A stretch of DNA of 64,000 nucleotides, from the NCBI RefSeq assembly GCF_001194135.2, contig NC_068996.1, positions 50,479,530 to 50,543,529 of the forward strand, read 5' to 3'. This document shows positions 50,162 to 59,317 of the stretch, in pieces; positions within the stretch are counted from its first letter, which is position 1; every line of letters begins with the position of its first letter. Source of the DNA: Octopus bimaculoides (Eukaryota). The position numbers and the translations under genes were made by a program. The notes under the pieces are model-generated. The model had not been told where the DNA came from and made no database searches. It saw only the letters and a program-made list of their open reading frames with translations.

Positions 50162-51585
50162 TATATATATTATTACAGCTTATAAACTTATAAATGAGAT
50201 AGTCTCTTGCTGAAGTCTGTCCAGTGCTGGACTAGAAGTATTTCTGCAACCTTGCTTGATGATGCAGTTCAGACTTATTTACAGTGTTTATCTTTGCTGA
50301 TATTTAAAATATTTTTAAAATGAAATTTATGTTTACTAAAAGCATGTTTATATACTTAATAGGTTTAAACTATTAACATGTTTAAACATGATTTAAGTTT
50401 ATAATATTGAATTTTCTGCATGTGACAATGACTTGCCGTGAATATTTTTATTTTGCAATCTGAGAAATTCTAATTTACTTCCAATGTAGGTGTCAAATTG
50501 ACAGTTATAGTGTTGGATGAAGTGCTTCATGGTAGCCACCTTTGTCTTTTGTCTGTTTTTGGTAAAAATGTACCAACCCCAAGTCAATGGATTGGTAGAA
50601 CTGAAAGATTGCGAATCTGGATGTTTTGTTGTATTTGTTCTGGCTTTTTGCATTCTGAGTTCAAATCTTGCTATGACCTACTCAGGTTGTAGACTTAACC
50701 CTTAGTTTGGTTAGACATCTCCTGGTACCTTAAGTGCCTTTGACTGAACTCATTCTGTTGCAAGCATCCAGGTTGAGCTTCCAGTTTGAGGATACCTTCT
50801 ATTCACTTCTTCCACCAGTCTTGAAGGCCATGTTTTTACAGATCTTGGTTGCTGCCTTCTCTTTTGACTAAAAGATTGAGAAATAGAGAGAGGGAGAATT
50901 TCCTCAAAATATTTTGAAGAAATTGGCTTATAGGCTCTTACTGAAAGTAGTTTAAAACTGAGTAAAAAGCACCCAGTACACTGTAAAATGGTTGGCATTA
51001 GGAAGGAAATCCAGCTGGAGAAATCAAGCCAAAACAGACAATTGGAGCCTGGTGTGCAGCTCTCTGGCTTACCATTTTCTGTCAAATTGTCCAACCCATG
51101 CCAGCATAGAAAATGGATGTTGAATGATGATATCAGTCCAGTCATGTAGTTAAGTTATTGGACAGAAATTGCTAAATAGTAACTTTAATAGATTTTTAAT
51201 AAATGATTCAGTATTTATATTACGTTGCTAACATAATGTTATGTTGTGTCTTTGAGCATGGTAACTTGTTGCGATCAGTAGTCTGGTAATACTTGTCAAA
51301 AATTGATACTTGTACATGCACATAATTTGAATCAGACATGTTCAACAGCTATTATCTTGGACAGCTAATTCACATCTTCTTCAAAAAAATATTCATTTTA
51401 AATAAACAAGGTATGTTATAGTATGTATATTCTTTTACAGATATGGATTTGGATTGCCCTGCTCAAAAGCTTACTCAGAATATCTTGGTGGACAACTGAC
51501 CCTGGAAACATTACAAGGAATTGGCACTGATGTTTATCTTCGATTGAGGCATGTAGATGGAAAACGGGAAAGTTTCCGGATCTAG
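8368..51585 (+). CDS. BCKDK: Branched-chain alpha-ketoacid dehydrogenase kinase, 5'-partial. join(8368..8436,16840..16950,20498..20545,21710..21829,22702..22800,30423..30496,48388..48516,49543..49632,49826..49990,51441..51585)
   Basis: Manual splicing gives 1050 nt (349 aa + TAG). All introns are GT-AG, with phases 0,0,0,0,0,2,2,2,2. Motifs: [19 protein letters not shown]-box [10 protein letters not shown]1 SDRGGG, G2 GYGFGL, C-terminal ESFRI*. It matches human BCKDK as I recall it (not PDK) along its length. Confidence 0.97.
8660..8977. repeat. Compound CA-derived minisatellite (acacacccacgcaa and acatacatgcacacaagc units)
   Basis: Direct inspection; source of the His/Thr- and Cys/Val-rich pseudo-ORFs. 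Confidence 0.9.
9748..9818. repeat. (CA)n microsatellite, representative of many (CA)n, (TA)n, (GA)n and (ATT)n tracts
   Basis: Direct inspection. Others at about 11010-11075, 18180-18252, 30118-30181, 34480-34553, 39240-39423 and 46615-46700. Confidence 0.95.
12950..13135 (+). mobile_element. Small decayed LINE (L2/CR1/Jockey-like) 3' fragment
   Basis: [13 protein letters not shown] resembles the FFPRT..WN.LP C-terminal motif. Confidence 0.4.
16840..16950 (+). CDS. BCKDK: BCKDK exon ([37 protein letters not shown]), 111 nt
   Basis: ccacag|AGA...GTG|gtaatt; visible in ORF 16759..17049. Confidence 0.97.
17048..17900 (+). repeat. Head-to-tail array of four family B SINE copies
   Basis: Four successive agctggcagaa...gagttcaaatt...tttcatccttt..gggttgat units, mostly separated by (TAT)n. 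Confidence 0.85.
20498..20545 (+). CDS. BCKDK: BCKDK exon ([16 protein letters not shown]), 48 nt
   Basis: ttttag|CAT...AGT|gtaagt; homologous to HELYIRAFQKLTDFPP. Confidence 0.95.
20936..21095. mobile_element. piggyBac-like MITE nested in another TTAA MITE
   Basis: TTAA TSDs at 20932-20935 and 21096-21099; TIR cccatttcaaccca / tgggttaaaatggg (13/14). Confidence 0.8.
21262..21579. mobile_element. Non-autonomous hAT (Buster/Charlie-like) element
   Basis: 15-bp TIRs cagtggttctcaacc / ggttgagaaccacta; 8-bp TSD ggttaggg / ggtttggg (7/8). A partial left end of the same family lies at about 61919-62000. Confidence 0.85.
21710..21829 (+). CDS. BCKDK: BCKDK exon ([40 protein letters not shown]), 120 nt
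   Basis: ttacag|ATT...AAA|gtaatt; LLDDHKDVV motif. Confidence 0.96.
21955..22148 (+). mobile_element. PLE-type short element in (TA)n carrying a minimal hammerhead motif
   Basis: cttt-CTGATGA-a-GAGC gtag GCTC-GAAA-CGTA-aatg at 22021-22056; flanked by TA microsatellites. Confidence 0.7.
22195..22378 (-). mobile_element. Short RTE-tail element (5'-truncated RTE or RTE-tailed SINE)
   Basis: catcatcgtttaacgtccgctttccatgctagcatgggttggacg... Related copies at about 13140-13270, 19775-19900, 24335-24590, 26050-26200, 32180-32460, 50960-51130 and 56000-56070. Confidence 0.85.
22702..22800 (+). CDS. BCKDK: BCKDK exon ([33 protein letters not shown]), 99 nt
   Basis: ttttag|GAT...AAG|gtatgt; [11 protein letters not shown] motif. 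Confidence 0.97.
24600..25600. promoter_or_regulatory. CpG-retaining intronic island, candidate internal promoter or enhancer
   Basis: About 20 CpG per kb by manual count against about 3 per kb in flanking unique intron; TATAAATA at 24921-24928; no recognisable repeat. Confidence 0.4.
26050..26200 (+). mobile_element. Short RTE-tail element, young
   Basis: Three mismatches in 137 nt against the reverse complement of 22201-22337; (GAT)n tail. Confidence 0.85.
30423..30496 (+). CDS. BCKDK: BCKDK exon ([25 protein letters not shown]), 74 nt
   Basis: ccacag|CCT...GTA AG|gtaaga; the length and phase needed to join the flanking exons; homologous to [25 protein letters not shown]. Confidence 0.93.
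31563..31764. mobile_element. piggyBac-like MITE family (CCCTTTAGCATT ends), representative copy
   Basis: TTAA|ccctttaatatt...gatgctaagggg|TTAA. Other copies at about 15660-15830, 20868-21255, 41280-41680 (two), 46157-46340 and 52955-53180. Confidence 0.75.
33598..34454 (-). mobile_element. Tc1/mariner DD37D (maT-type) transposon, internally deleted and frameshifted
   Basis: TIRs cagggtgcggtgaataaattg / caatttacccattgcaccctg. Remnant MVFG...[30 protein letters not shown]; the spacing fits DD37D and the third D is lost. Confidence 0.88.
35240..35956 (+). mobile_element. CR1/L2-type LINE 3' fragment, decayed
   Basis: [49 protein letters not shown] (typical post-RT region), ending in an (ATT)n tail. 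Confidence 0.85.
36127..37317 (-). mobile_element. Tc1/mariner DD37D (maT-type) transposon, near full length, pseudogenised
   Basis: TIRs share cagataaattgagac. Remnant [35 protein letters not shown] gives 37 residues between the 2nd and 3rd catalytic positions after frameshift correction. Confidence 0.88.
37835..37888. repeat. 54-bp spacerless palindrome
   Basis: tatctctacagagtttcta|tagaaactctgtagagata (19+19 perfect), extended by (GT)n/(AC)n with one G.T pair. Confidence 0.9.
38379..38666 (-). mobile_element. Young RTE 3' end, truncated by gap 38667-39238
   Basis: Nearly identical to the reverse complement of 60413-60660. Confidence 0.85.
39478..39564 (-). ncRNA. Type I hammerhead ribozyme motif in a ~200-bp element (about 39425-39623) between microsatellites
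   Basis: Minus strand: UUCC-CUGACGA-[~13-bp stem II AAAUUAUGUG/CACAUAAUUU]-GAAAC-AUAU-GUA-GGAA; the stem II closing pair is U.U. Confidence 0.65.
39744..40001. mobile_element. Tc1-like foldback MITE with about 120-bp inverted arms
   Basis: ta|caggtgtggccaaaagtttggaacattt ... aaatgttccaaacttttggccaca; arms stay complementary to the centre ttcaat-atcctgta-attgaa. Confidence 0.85.
44062..44304. mobile_element. Palindromic Penelope-like (PLE)-type insertion with a hammerhead motif in each arm
   Basis: Inverted arms 44073-44167 and 44182-44279; perfect 14-bp TSD aattttacaaattt (44048-44061 and 44305-44318); CTGAAGA-AGGG-aaataa-CCCT-GAAAC core. Confidence 0.8.
44185..44240 (+). ncRNA. Type I hammerhead ribozyme motif (inverted twin at about 44110-44165 on the minus strand)
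   Basis: CUGAAGA 44197-44203, stem II AGGG/CCCU, GAAA 44218-44221, GUA 44227-44229. Stem I is imperfect and offset by an extra G. Confidence 0.6.
46701..47125 (+). mobile_element. tRNA-derived SINE family A (tRNA head, CORE-like ccttgggcaagtg segment, internal microsatellite, 3' tail)
   Basis: ggcgcaggagtggctgtgtggtaag (A box)...gttcagtccc (B box). Copies: 9519-9965(-), 17995-18412(-), 37377-37689(+), 40826-41228(+), 58263-58659(-); partial at 8480-8650, 18797-19080 and 19500-19660. Confidence 0.85.
48388..48516 (+). CDS. BCKDK: BCKDK exon ([43 protein letters not shown]), 129 nt
   Basis: ttttag|G AGT...ATG AG|gtaaga; contains the GHKL N-box. Confidence 0.97.
49543..49632 (+). CDS. BCKDK: BCKDK exon ([30 protein letters not shown]), 90 nt
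   Basis: ttatag|A GCG...ATC AG|gttagt. Confidence 0.96.
49655..49757. repeat. (TTTC)n tract filling about half of the 193-nt BCKDK intron 49633-49825
   Basis: Direct inspection. Confidence 0.9.
49826..49990 (+). CDS. BCKDK: BCKDK exon ([55 protein letters not shown]), 165 nt
   Basis: tttcag|A GTC...CAT GG|gtgagt; G1 box and ATP-lid region. Confidence 0.96.
51441..51585 (+). CDS. BCKDK: BCKDK last coding exon ([47 protein letters not shown]), 145 nt
   Basis: ttacag|A TAT...ATC TAG; G2 box; conserved C-terminus. Confidence 0.97.
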
Positions 51586-51760
51586 ATTTTTTTTTTTTTT
51601 GTCTCATTTCCTTTTTTTAAATTTCTGGCTGACCTTTTTCTTTTTTTTTCTCATTCGTTAGATAGTCAGTCAACTATAATTAAAAATATGTGTGATGGGC
51701 CAGTTTTATGGTATTGATCAGTGGATTATAGCAGAAAAAGATATTGTGTGATACACTATG

Positions 51761-51766
51761 AATAAA
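51761..51766 (+). terminator. First candidate polyadenylation signal (AATAAA) of BCKDK
   Basis: First AATAAA seen after the stop codon. More occur downstream, so the 3' end is not determined. Confidence 0.3.
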
Positions 51767-53684
51767 ATGCAAAATAATGCTTTTAAATCGAAGAGAAAAT
51801 GATTTTGCAAAATAGAGTGTAAAGTTGATTGTGTCTCTTAAAATTTAAAATAAAAATAAAAAAAGAATTTGAAAAAAAAATAAACAAAGCTGGCAAACTG
51901 TATTTTTTGCCAATTAAATTGAATAAAAAAATACTCATTTTATTATCCTGAATTGTATTATTTTTTTATGCATTGTAATGTATAATTGGTATATATATAT
52001 ATATAATATATATATATATATTTATATATATATTACAACTTTTCTTTTTAGCAAAAGTAATGATTTTTTTAATTAATAATTGTAAGGATTTCTTGTAAAA
52101 AAAAATACAGATAACTTCTTGAAAAGAAAAAAATTGCTACAAAGGGAAGTTTGTGACAAAATAAAGAAAAACTATTAAAATCTTACGGAAAAAACTTAGT
52201 AAAAAAGATTGGTTCAACTTGTGTAAGTAAAAAACCCTTTGAAACATATACACAGACAAAATTTAAAGGACTCTTAGGGAGTCAGAAACAGAAAGAAATT
52301 AGTTTTGGTTCTTATGAATCGAGTATAATAAAATGTGTAGAATTTAAAAGAAAGAAATCAGTATTTGTCTGTATGCACAGATTTGTGTTGTTGCAAGTAA
52401 GTGATGAGTTTAGTAATAGATGATCTTGTAAAGATTTTAGTGTGTACATGTGAAGTACACTAAAAACTATAATTTTCAAAAAAATGTGTTTTGATTTTAA
52501 AATCTATTTAACTTTCACAGTAGTATTGCTAAGGAAATATGTTTGTTTTTGTTTTTATTAGGTAGGTGTGTCAAGGGCATTTAAAATTAATTTTTAAAAA
52601 AAACCCCCAAAAAACACCATAGTTGTACAATTTTGATAAAGCTCTTTTGGTTTGTGTGCAAACTGTTATTAGCATCCGTTCTTTGGTCCTTTATGTTTTT
52701 ACTTACTTTCTGTATTGGAGAGTCATTTTAGTCAGATGTGAAGTTAGAAAACCGTCACACTTTTATTTGTTTCACTTCTTATAATTGGTTGAGCACAGTA
52801 GAGAAATACACCTGCCCTTGTCTGAGCTGCTGAAATTGGTAGGAGAAAGTAAGTTATCTTAAAGCTGGAGTCTTTACTAAAAATGCTTGCAACAGTGAAC
52901 TCTCTCCTCAAGGTACTCAAAGATCAAGTGATTGCATTAAAACAGGTGATGGTTTAACTCTTTAGCGTCCAGATTACTCTATCAAATGTAATGCTTATTT
53001 ATTCACATTGTTTTGGAATTAATCCTGCATTATCTCGTAGCTTCAAGATTGCAATGATTTAATTGTTTATTTTCAAAATGACATTGTAGGGTAAGTGTGA
53101 GAGGCTGAATCTGGTTGGTTTGAACATAAAACAGGTAGAATATTTGGGTCAGATATGGCAAGTTTAAATGCTAACAGTTAAGTCTACTACAGAAAAAGAA
53201 TGTAAAGAGTATTTTTTGTGAATTTATAGCATATTTAAGAATATATGGCCTATAACTTCACTATTTAATCAACTTAACTCACTGGTCCTTCAAGTATCAC
53301 TAATAATAGTGTGTGATATTATATGTTATCTTTTTCAACATTGTTAAAATGTAAAGTATAAAATGTGGAAACTGATTAGTTCCACAGATGTTAAAAAAAA
53401 ATTGAAGTATTTTTCAAAATTTTATTCAAAATATTTAAAGTTTGAAAATTGTACTAGTATAGACCATTATATTGGAATTCATCTTGTTCATGTAAGAGTC
53501 TAGACACATTGATAAATTGTGACAGTGTTAGATATGTGTTTTGAAGTACAACTGTTTAAAAAGTTAGCAAATATCAATAATTTTAGTGCTTCACTAATTT
53601 TAATTTAGTGATAACATCTTCATATACAATTCATTTGCTACCTCCCTCTTGCTCACAGTCACAAATTTTCTCTCTTTCTCGCAT

Positions 53685-53728
<44 letters not shown>

Positions 53729-56574
53729 CAATAACTGAATTTTGGCAAGACAGATCTAAGTTTCAGCTTTCTTCTTTCATACTCTTCCATTCTTGTTCTC
53801 CTTTTTTTTCTTCTTTCCCTTCAAGCTGCTCAATTCACAACAGTCAGTCAAGTTTAGATTTTCTGTTAGTCTTTTTCTCTCAAGAAGTTTTTATCCCTTC
53901 TCATTGTAAGTAGGACATTCTATTGTATGTTTAATATATTCTGAGATGTGTGTGTGTGCATGCATGATTTGTTTCAGCAGGCATTGAGCAAATGTAGATT
54001 ATTCTATGTTTTCTTATTCTAAGGTCAATTCTAAGTGGAATACGTTTTTTTTACCATTCCTCCCAAATCATTGAAATAGACACCAGTAACAGGTTTAAAG
54101 ATCAATTTTCTGTTATTCATTCCCTCTTACAAAAATTGGCATGGTGCCTTGTTAGAAAAAATAATCAGTTAAATGAAACACTGTGTGTCCCCTCTCCCAC
54201 TCTCTCTGCTATATAATAAACAAAAAGTGGTCATAAGTTATTGGAATAACGTTAATGTCCCATTACATTAAACTTCTCTTAAAACAGACATGATGTTAAG
54301 ATGGGGAATCTTATATTAACTTTTAATATTAATATTTTAACATTTTATACTGGTATAACAGTATATTATTCACTCCAAAATAATCATATTTCTTCAACAT
54401 CATTATTAGAAATGGCATAACATTTCTTCAGCCTTCTTTTTTAAATGTTTTTTAAAAAATGAAACATTTTTTTTTTTTAATTGAAAGCATACTTTTGATG
54501 CTTTCCATTTATATACACATGATATATAGTGGATTCCATTAAATTGGTACACATCGGAGGCAAGAATATTTTAACTCACCTAAATGACTATGCTAGTTAT
54601 ACTTTCACATAAGTGTAAAAGGCAAACAGCAGTTTATTGATCAACGAAAATATTTCATTGAATATTATGTGTGCATGTTGAGAATCAAATATATGTAGTC
54701 TAGAATCATTTGTTATTTTTGTTTTTATTTATTTTTTCAATAACTATTTTTAGGATTTCATTTATTAATGTATATGTGAAATACATATCTATGTGTGAGT
54801 ATGTATGTATGTATGTGTACACACACATATATATATATATAAATAAAGATTAAATATAAGAGTTTTGATGCTATTCAGCAATTTAAGAGAAAAAAAACAG
54901 CATTTAAACAGTTGTAAATCACAGACTGCCCCAATCAGTAGCAGTCTTTAATTCCTCCTAAATGGGTGAAAGGCTATTTACAGTTGTTAGTATTTTTTAA
55001 TCATTTGACTAGTTTCATACATGGCCATGCTTGGGCACTGCCATAGAAAAAATGTTCAACATTAAAATCATAATATTGCTGTATTGCCAGTCAGCTTATT
55101 CAGTGTGCCATAAAGCACAAAAGTGTGTTGATTATATATGGTTTCCTAAATAAGTGGTAGATTGTGGTAAACCTTTCGATCTGATTTAATTTTTCTGAAA
55201 TATCTGTTAAATAATTGGCTGCTTCAAATAATGACCAAATACTTGGAATCTACCATATAAAATTAATAATTATATACAATTAAAACATATTTTATTCTTT
55301 GCAGATGCTAGTAAACAAATCAAATTATTTACTTCAAATATAAATATTTTTTTAATGAAAACTTTAAAAAAAAACATTCACAGCAATTATAAATCATACA
55401 CATTTGTATATGTATAGATTTCTGTGATACTGGCATATATAAAATAAGTGTGTAGTATATTTGAAAATAAAAGTTCAATTTATGGACATACAAAAAAAAA
55501 ATACTAAAAAACTAATTAAACTAATGTTTGTTTCCTAGGTTTGTTACTCTTCATTTTTTTTTTATGAATTATTGTTTAAAAGTGTTGTGAGAAAATGGAG
55601 AAAACATTGTACATATAATTTTTTAGTTTTTAACACTAGATTTTCTCTGATTGCTAAATTTTAAGAAATTAAAAAAATAAACAATATATATCTGAAATTC
55701 TGCTAAACCTGTTTAGTCATATAAAATCTGATTGGATAAATTAAAATGATCTCTATATATCCTTGTACAGTTAAATATGTTTGTCTTACTTTTGATAATT
55801 GTATTGTACCAGTCAATTAAGTCCCATTTCCTCTCTTTCTCCTCACTCTCTAAGTTTGACTTTATTAAACTTACTGAAGCCTTAATATATGTGACATATT
55901 TGTATTGATGAATAAAAACAATTAACACTGTTTGCTGTTTAGTTTGAATATATAGTGACTTTAAAACTAATTTTATTTTTTCCATGGTTGTTCATCATCA
56001 TCATCATCATCTAAAGTTGGTTTTCCATGCTGGCATGGGTTGGATGGCTTGATAGGATCTGGCAGGGTCAGGGACCACACCATTCGGTGTATGTACATAC
56101 AGGCATCCATCTAGTTTTACACATACACCAAGTACATGTGTGTATTTATATACACATGCACTTGTGTGTCTGACACATCCATTTAGTTTACTTACGCTGA
56201 ATGGCACAAGTGCATATCAATCTGTGCGTATGTGAGTGTGTACTTGTATGTGTCTATATAGGTGTAAATGTGAATTGGTGTATGTTCCGATATTAATACG
56301 GGCCATAAGCAGTTATCTAAAGATGAAAACCACACCCCATCAAATTCTTGACCATGCCATCACCCTTGACTGCTGTAACCAACCACTATAGGTTTCCACA
56401 CACTTTAGAGCCTTTTTTACATTATTTGTTTGTATTTTTTTATCAACTGTTTCCTGTGTACAGACCACAAGTATTCTTACTTCACCAATGTGTGTGAACT
56501 GCTAGCAACTCACCATAATATCACCACCGTCTAGCTTGGAACGAAATGTAAATCTTATAACTTTTGAAGACTAT

Positions 56575-56682
56575 TGTTATCTGATGAAGCTCCTTTGCAC
56601 TTTGCAATGCATCTGATGTCATTACATCATTTCCCACCCACTAGGAAGCAGTGCAGTAGGCAGCCGAAACAATTGTTGTGCT
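56575..56682 (+). ncRNA. Degenerate type I hammerhead motif with a long stem II, in a probable PLE remnant (about 56260-56830)
   Basis: CUGAUGA 56581-56587; GCUCCUUUGCACU pairs with AGUGCAGUAGGCAGC (two bulges); GAAA 56666-56669; ACAAUUGU palindrome; GUU triplet; weak stem I. Confidence 0.5.
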
Positions 56683-57333
56683 AAATAAAGCATCCAGTTA
56701 GACTATGTTCCGTATCAATCATTTAGAATATACCCAATGTACACCTCGGAATTCCTTACGTAGATCCAGCACTGGTAACCATAAGTGGAGGCACCCTACC
56801 TGGGACTTATCTGAAACAAGGTTTGGATACTGCATTTTAATGTCTCTTGTCTAAACCTTAGTTTTTAAGTTTAACTTTCACACACATATGTATGTGAGTG
56901 TGTTGTCTCCTAGATTGTAAACAAGTGACACCATCATGCTAATAGTGTCTTTTGTTTCCAGTCCTTCAAGAATGTCATGTTGGACCATGGGGAAATATTA
57001 ATTTGCTTGGAAACTGGTGAGGTTTGGTGACATGAAGGGCTTCCACTCACAGAAAATCTGCTTAACAAATTCCATCTATGCCATGCAAGCATGGAAATGT
57101 GAACATTAAAAGGATAATGATCAGTTTTTCATACATTATTAGAGTGAAGAAGATTCTCATTTGTCTACTGATATAATATTACTCCCTCAGTTCAAGATTA
57201 CTTCAGAGATGTATTGTACATAATTCGTTTTTAAGTTCTTATCTTGGAATCATGACCATTATTTTTAATGCATTAATAGGTGCATGCATAGTTTTGTGGT
57301 TAAGAAGTTTGCTTTAGAACCATGTTGTTAGGG

Positions 57334-57712
57334 CAGTGTTTCTCAACCTTTTTACCTTTGCGTGACCCTTGAAATATATTACATGTCTCAAAGAACTCCT
57401 ACACAAAAAAAAATATGCACCATATCTTTCTCATTTTTTTTTTCATCTTAGTTCACTTTGTATGTGTGTGTGTGTATATTTATATATATATATATATAGT
57501 GTGTCCACAAAGTCTGGATACATGGGGATTAACACATACTTTGAGAAATCCTTATTTCTTATATTTAATTCTTTATGTTATGATATTATTTACTCCATGT
57601 ACCCACATGGGGATTAACACATACTTTAAGAAATTATTGTTTCTTATATTTAATTGTTTATGTTGTAATTTTATTTATTCCATGTACCCAGACCTTGTGG
57701 ACACCCTGTATG

Positions 57713-57749
<37 letters not shown>

Positions 57750-57922
57750 TTGTTATATTTTTTGATAACATATTAGGTTAGACAGGATGATGTCTATATT
57801 ACAATAACCAGTAATATGTTGTACATGTTTCGTAATATTAGGATCATGAAATTAGCATTAGCTTATTTCACTCTTTCTTGAAGAACCCTAGGGTTCCAGG
57901 GACCCCAGGTTGAGAAACGCTG
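57334..57922. mobile_element. Non-autonomous hAT (Buster/Charlie-like) element carrying a nested MITE
   Basis: TIRs cagtgtttctcaacc / ggttgagaaacgctg (14/15); TSD tgttaggg / agttaggg (7/8). Confidence 0.85.
57497..57708. mobile_element. Mariner-like MITE with an internal ~77-bp tandem duplication
   Basis: TA-flanked TIRs (tagtgtgtccacaaagtctggatacatgg / ccatgtacccagaccttgtggacaccctg); catggggattaacacatacttt... occurs twice. Confidence 0.85.
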
Positions 57923-58904
57923 AGTTAGGGTGTTTGATCCTACTGCATGAATATTCTAGACAGACTTTCTATAGCTGTGGACTGATTGATACCTTGTGAG
58001 TGATACTGATAGACAGAAACTGAAACCTGTTGCATGCAAGTACTTGGTGACCTCACTAGTGCTGGTGCCATGAGAAAAGCAACCAGTACACTCTGTAAAG
58101 TGATTGGTGTTAGGAAAGGTTATCAAGCTGAAGCAACCATGCCAAGGCTGACATTGAAGCTCAACACTCGCCTCTGGCATGTCCTGTTTCAACTGTTCGA
58201 TTCATGCCAGCATGGAAGATGGATGTTAAGCAATGATGATGATAACTTATATATACTCATTCACTTGTTTCAGTCATTTGACTGTGGCCATGCTGGAGCA
58301 CCACCTTTAGTCGAGCAAATCGATCCCAGGACTTATTCTTTGTAAGCCTAGTACTTATTCTATCAGTCTCTTTTGCCGAACTGCTAAGTTACGAGGACAT
58401 AAACACACCAGCATTGGGTGTCAAGCGATGTTGGGGGGACAAACACAGACACACAAACATATACGCACACATACATATATATATATACATATATACGACA
58501 GGCTTCTTTCAGTTTCTGTCTACCAAATCCACTCACAAGGCTTTGGTCGGTCCGAGGCTATAGTAGAAGACACTCGCCCAAGGTGCCATGCAGTGGGACT
58601 GAACCTGGAACCATGCGGTTCGTAAGCAAGCTACTTACCACACAACCACTCCTGTGCCTATGCATATTATACATAATTTTTTTTTAACTGTATTACAAAG
58701 ATTTTGTAACATGTCAAGCAAGACAAGGAGAAATATGAGTGAATTTGTACACACACACATGTACATATATGTTGTATGTAATATATGCATATATGTATTA
58801 TGTATATGTTATATATATGTATTATACATATGTATATATAATATTTATGTATTTCACGCACACACACACATTAAATTGTATATATATATCTATATGCATA
58901 CAGA

Positions 58905-59278
58905 CTAGTGCACCTGCTTAAAGAAGTGCAAATTGTGGAGGGAACCTGTGGAAGAGGTAGACCCAGAAAGACCTGAAACCAGGTGGTGAAATATGATCTT
59001 CGGTTGTTGAGTCTCTTGGAGGAAGGACAAGTGACTGAGGCTTGTGGCAATTTGCTGTGCTTGAGGGGACCTGTCAAGCTGATTGAAATAGATGGTTGTG
59101 ATCAATGCTGGTGACATGTAAAAGACACCCAGTACACTCTCTATAGTAGTTGGCATTAGGAAGAGCATCCAGCCATAGAAACCAAGCCACAACAGACTGG
59201 ACTCTGGTTTACTAACTACAGTCAAACTGTCTAATTCATGCCACATGGAAAGCAAATGTTAAATGATGATGATGATAT
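58905..59278 (+). mobile_element. Older RTE LINE 3' end
   Basis: Encodes a decayed VEGTCGRGRPRKT...DLRLLSL; ends in the family tail and (GAT)n. Confidence 0.75.
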
Positions 59279-59317
59279 ATATATATATATTTTGTTATAG
59301 ATGATATATATATATAT

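Noticed and set aside
52434-52466. Small bulged hairpin in the putative 3' UTR
   Set aside because: AT-rich and short; expected by chance.
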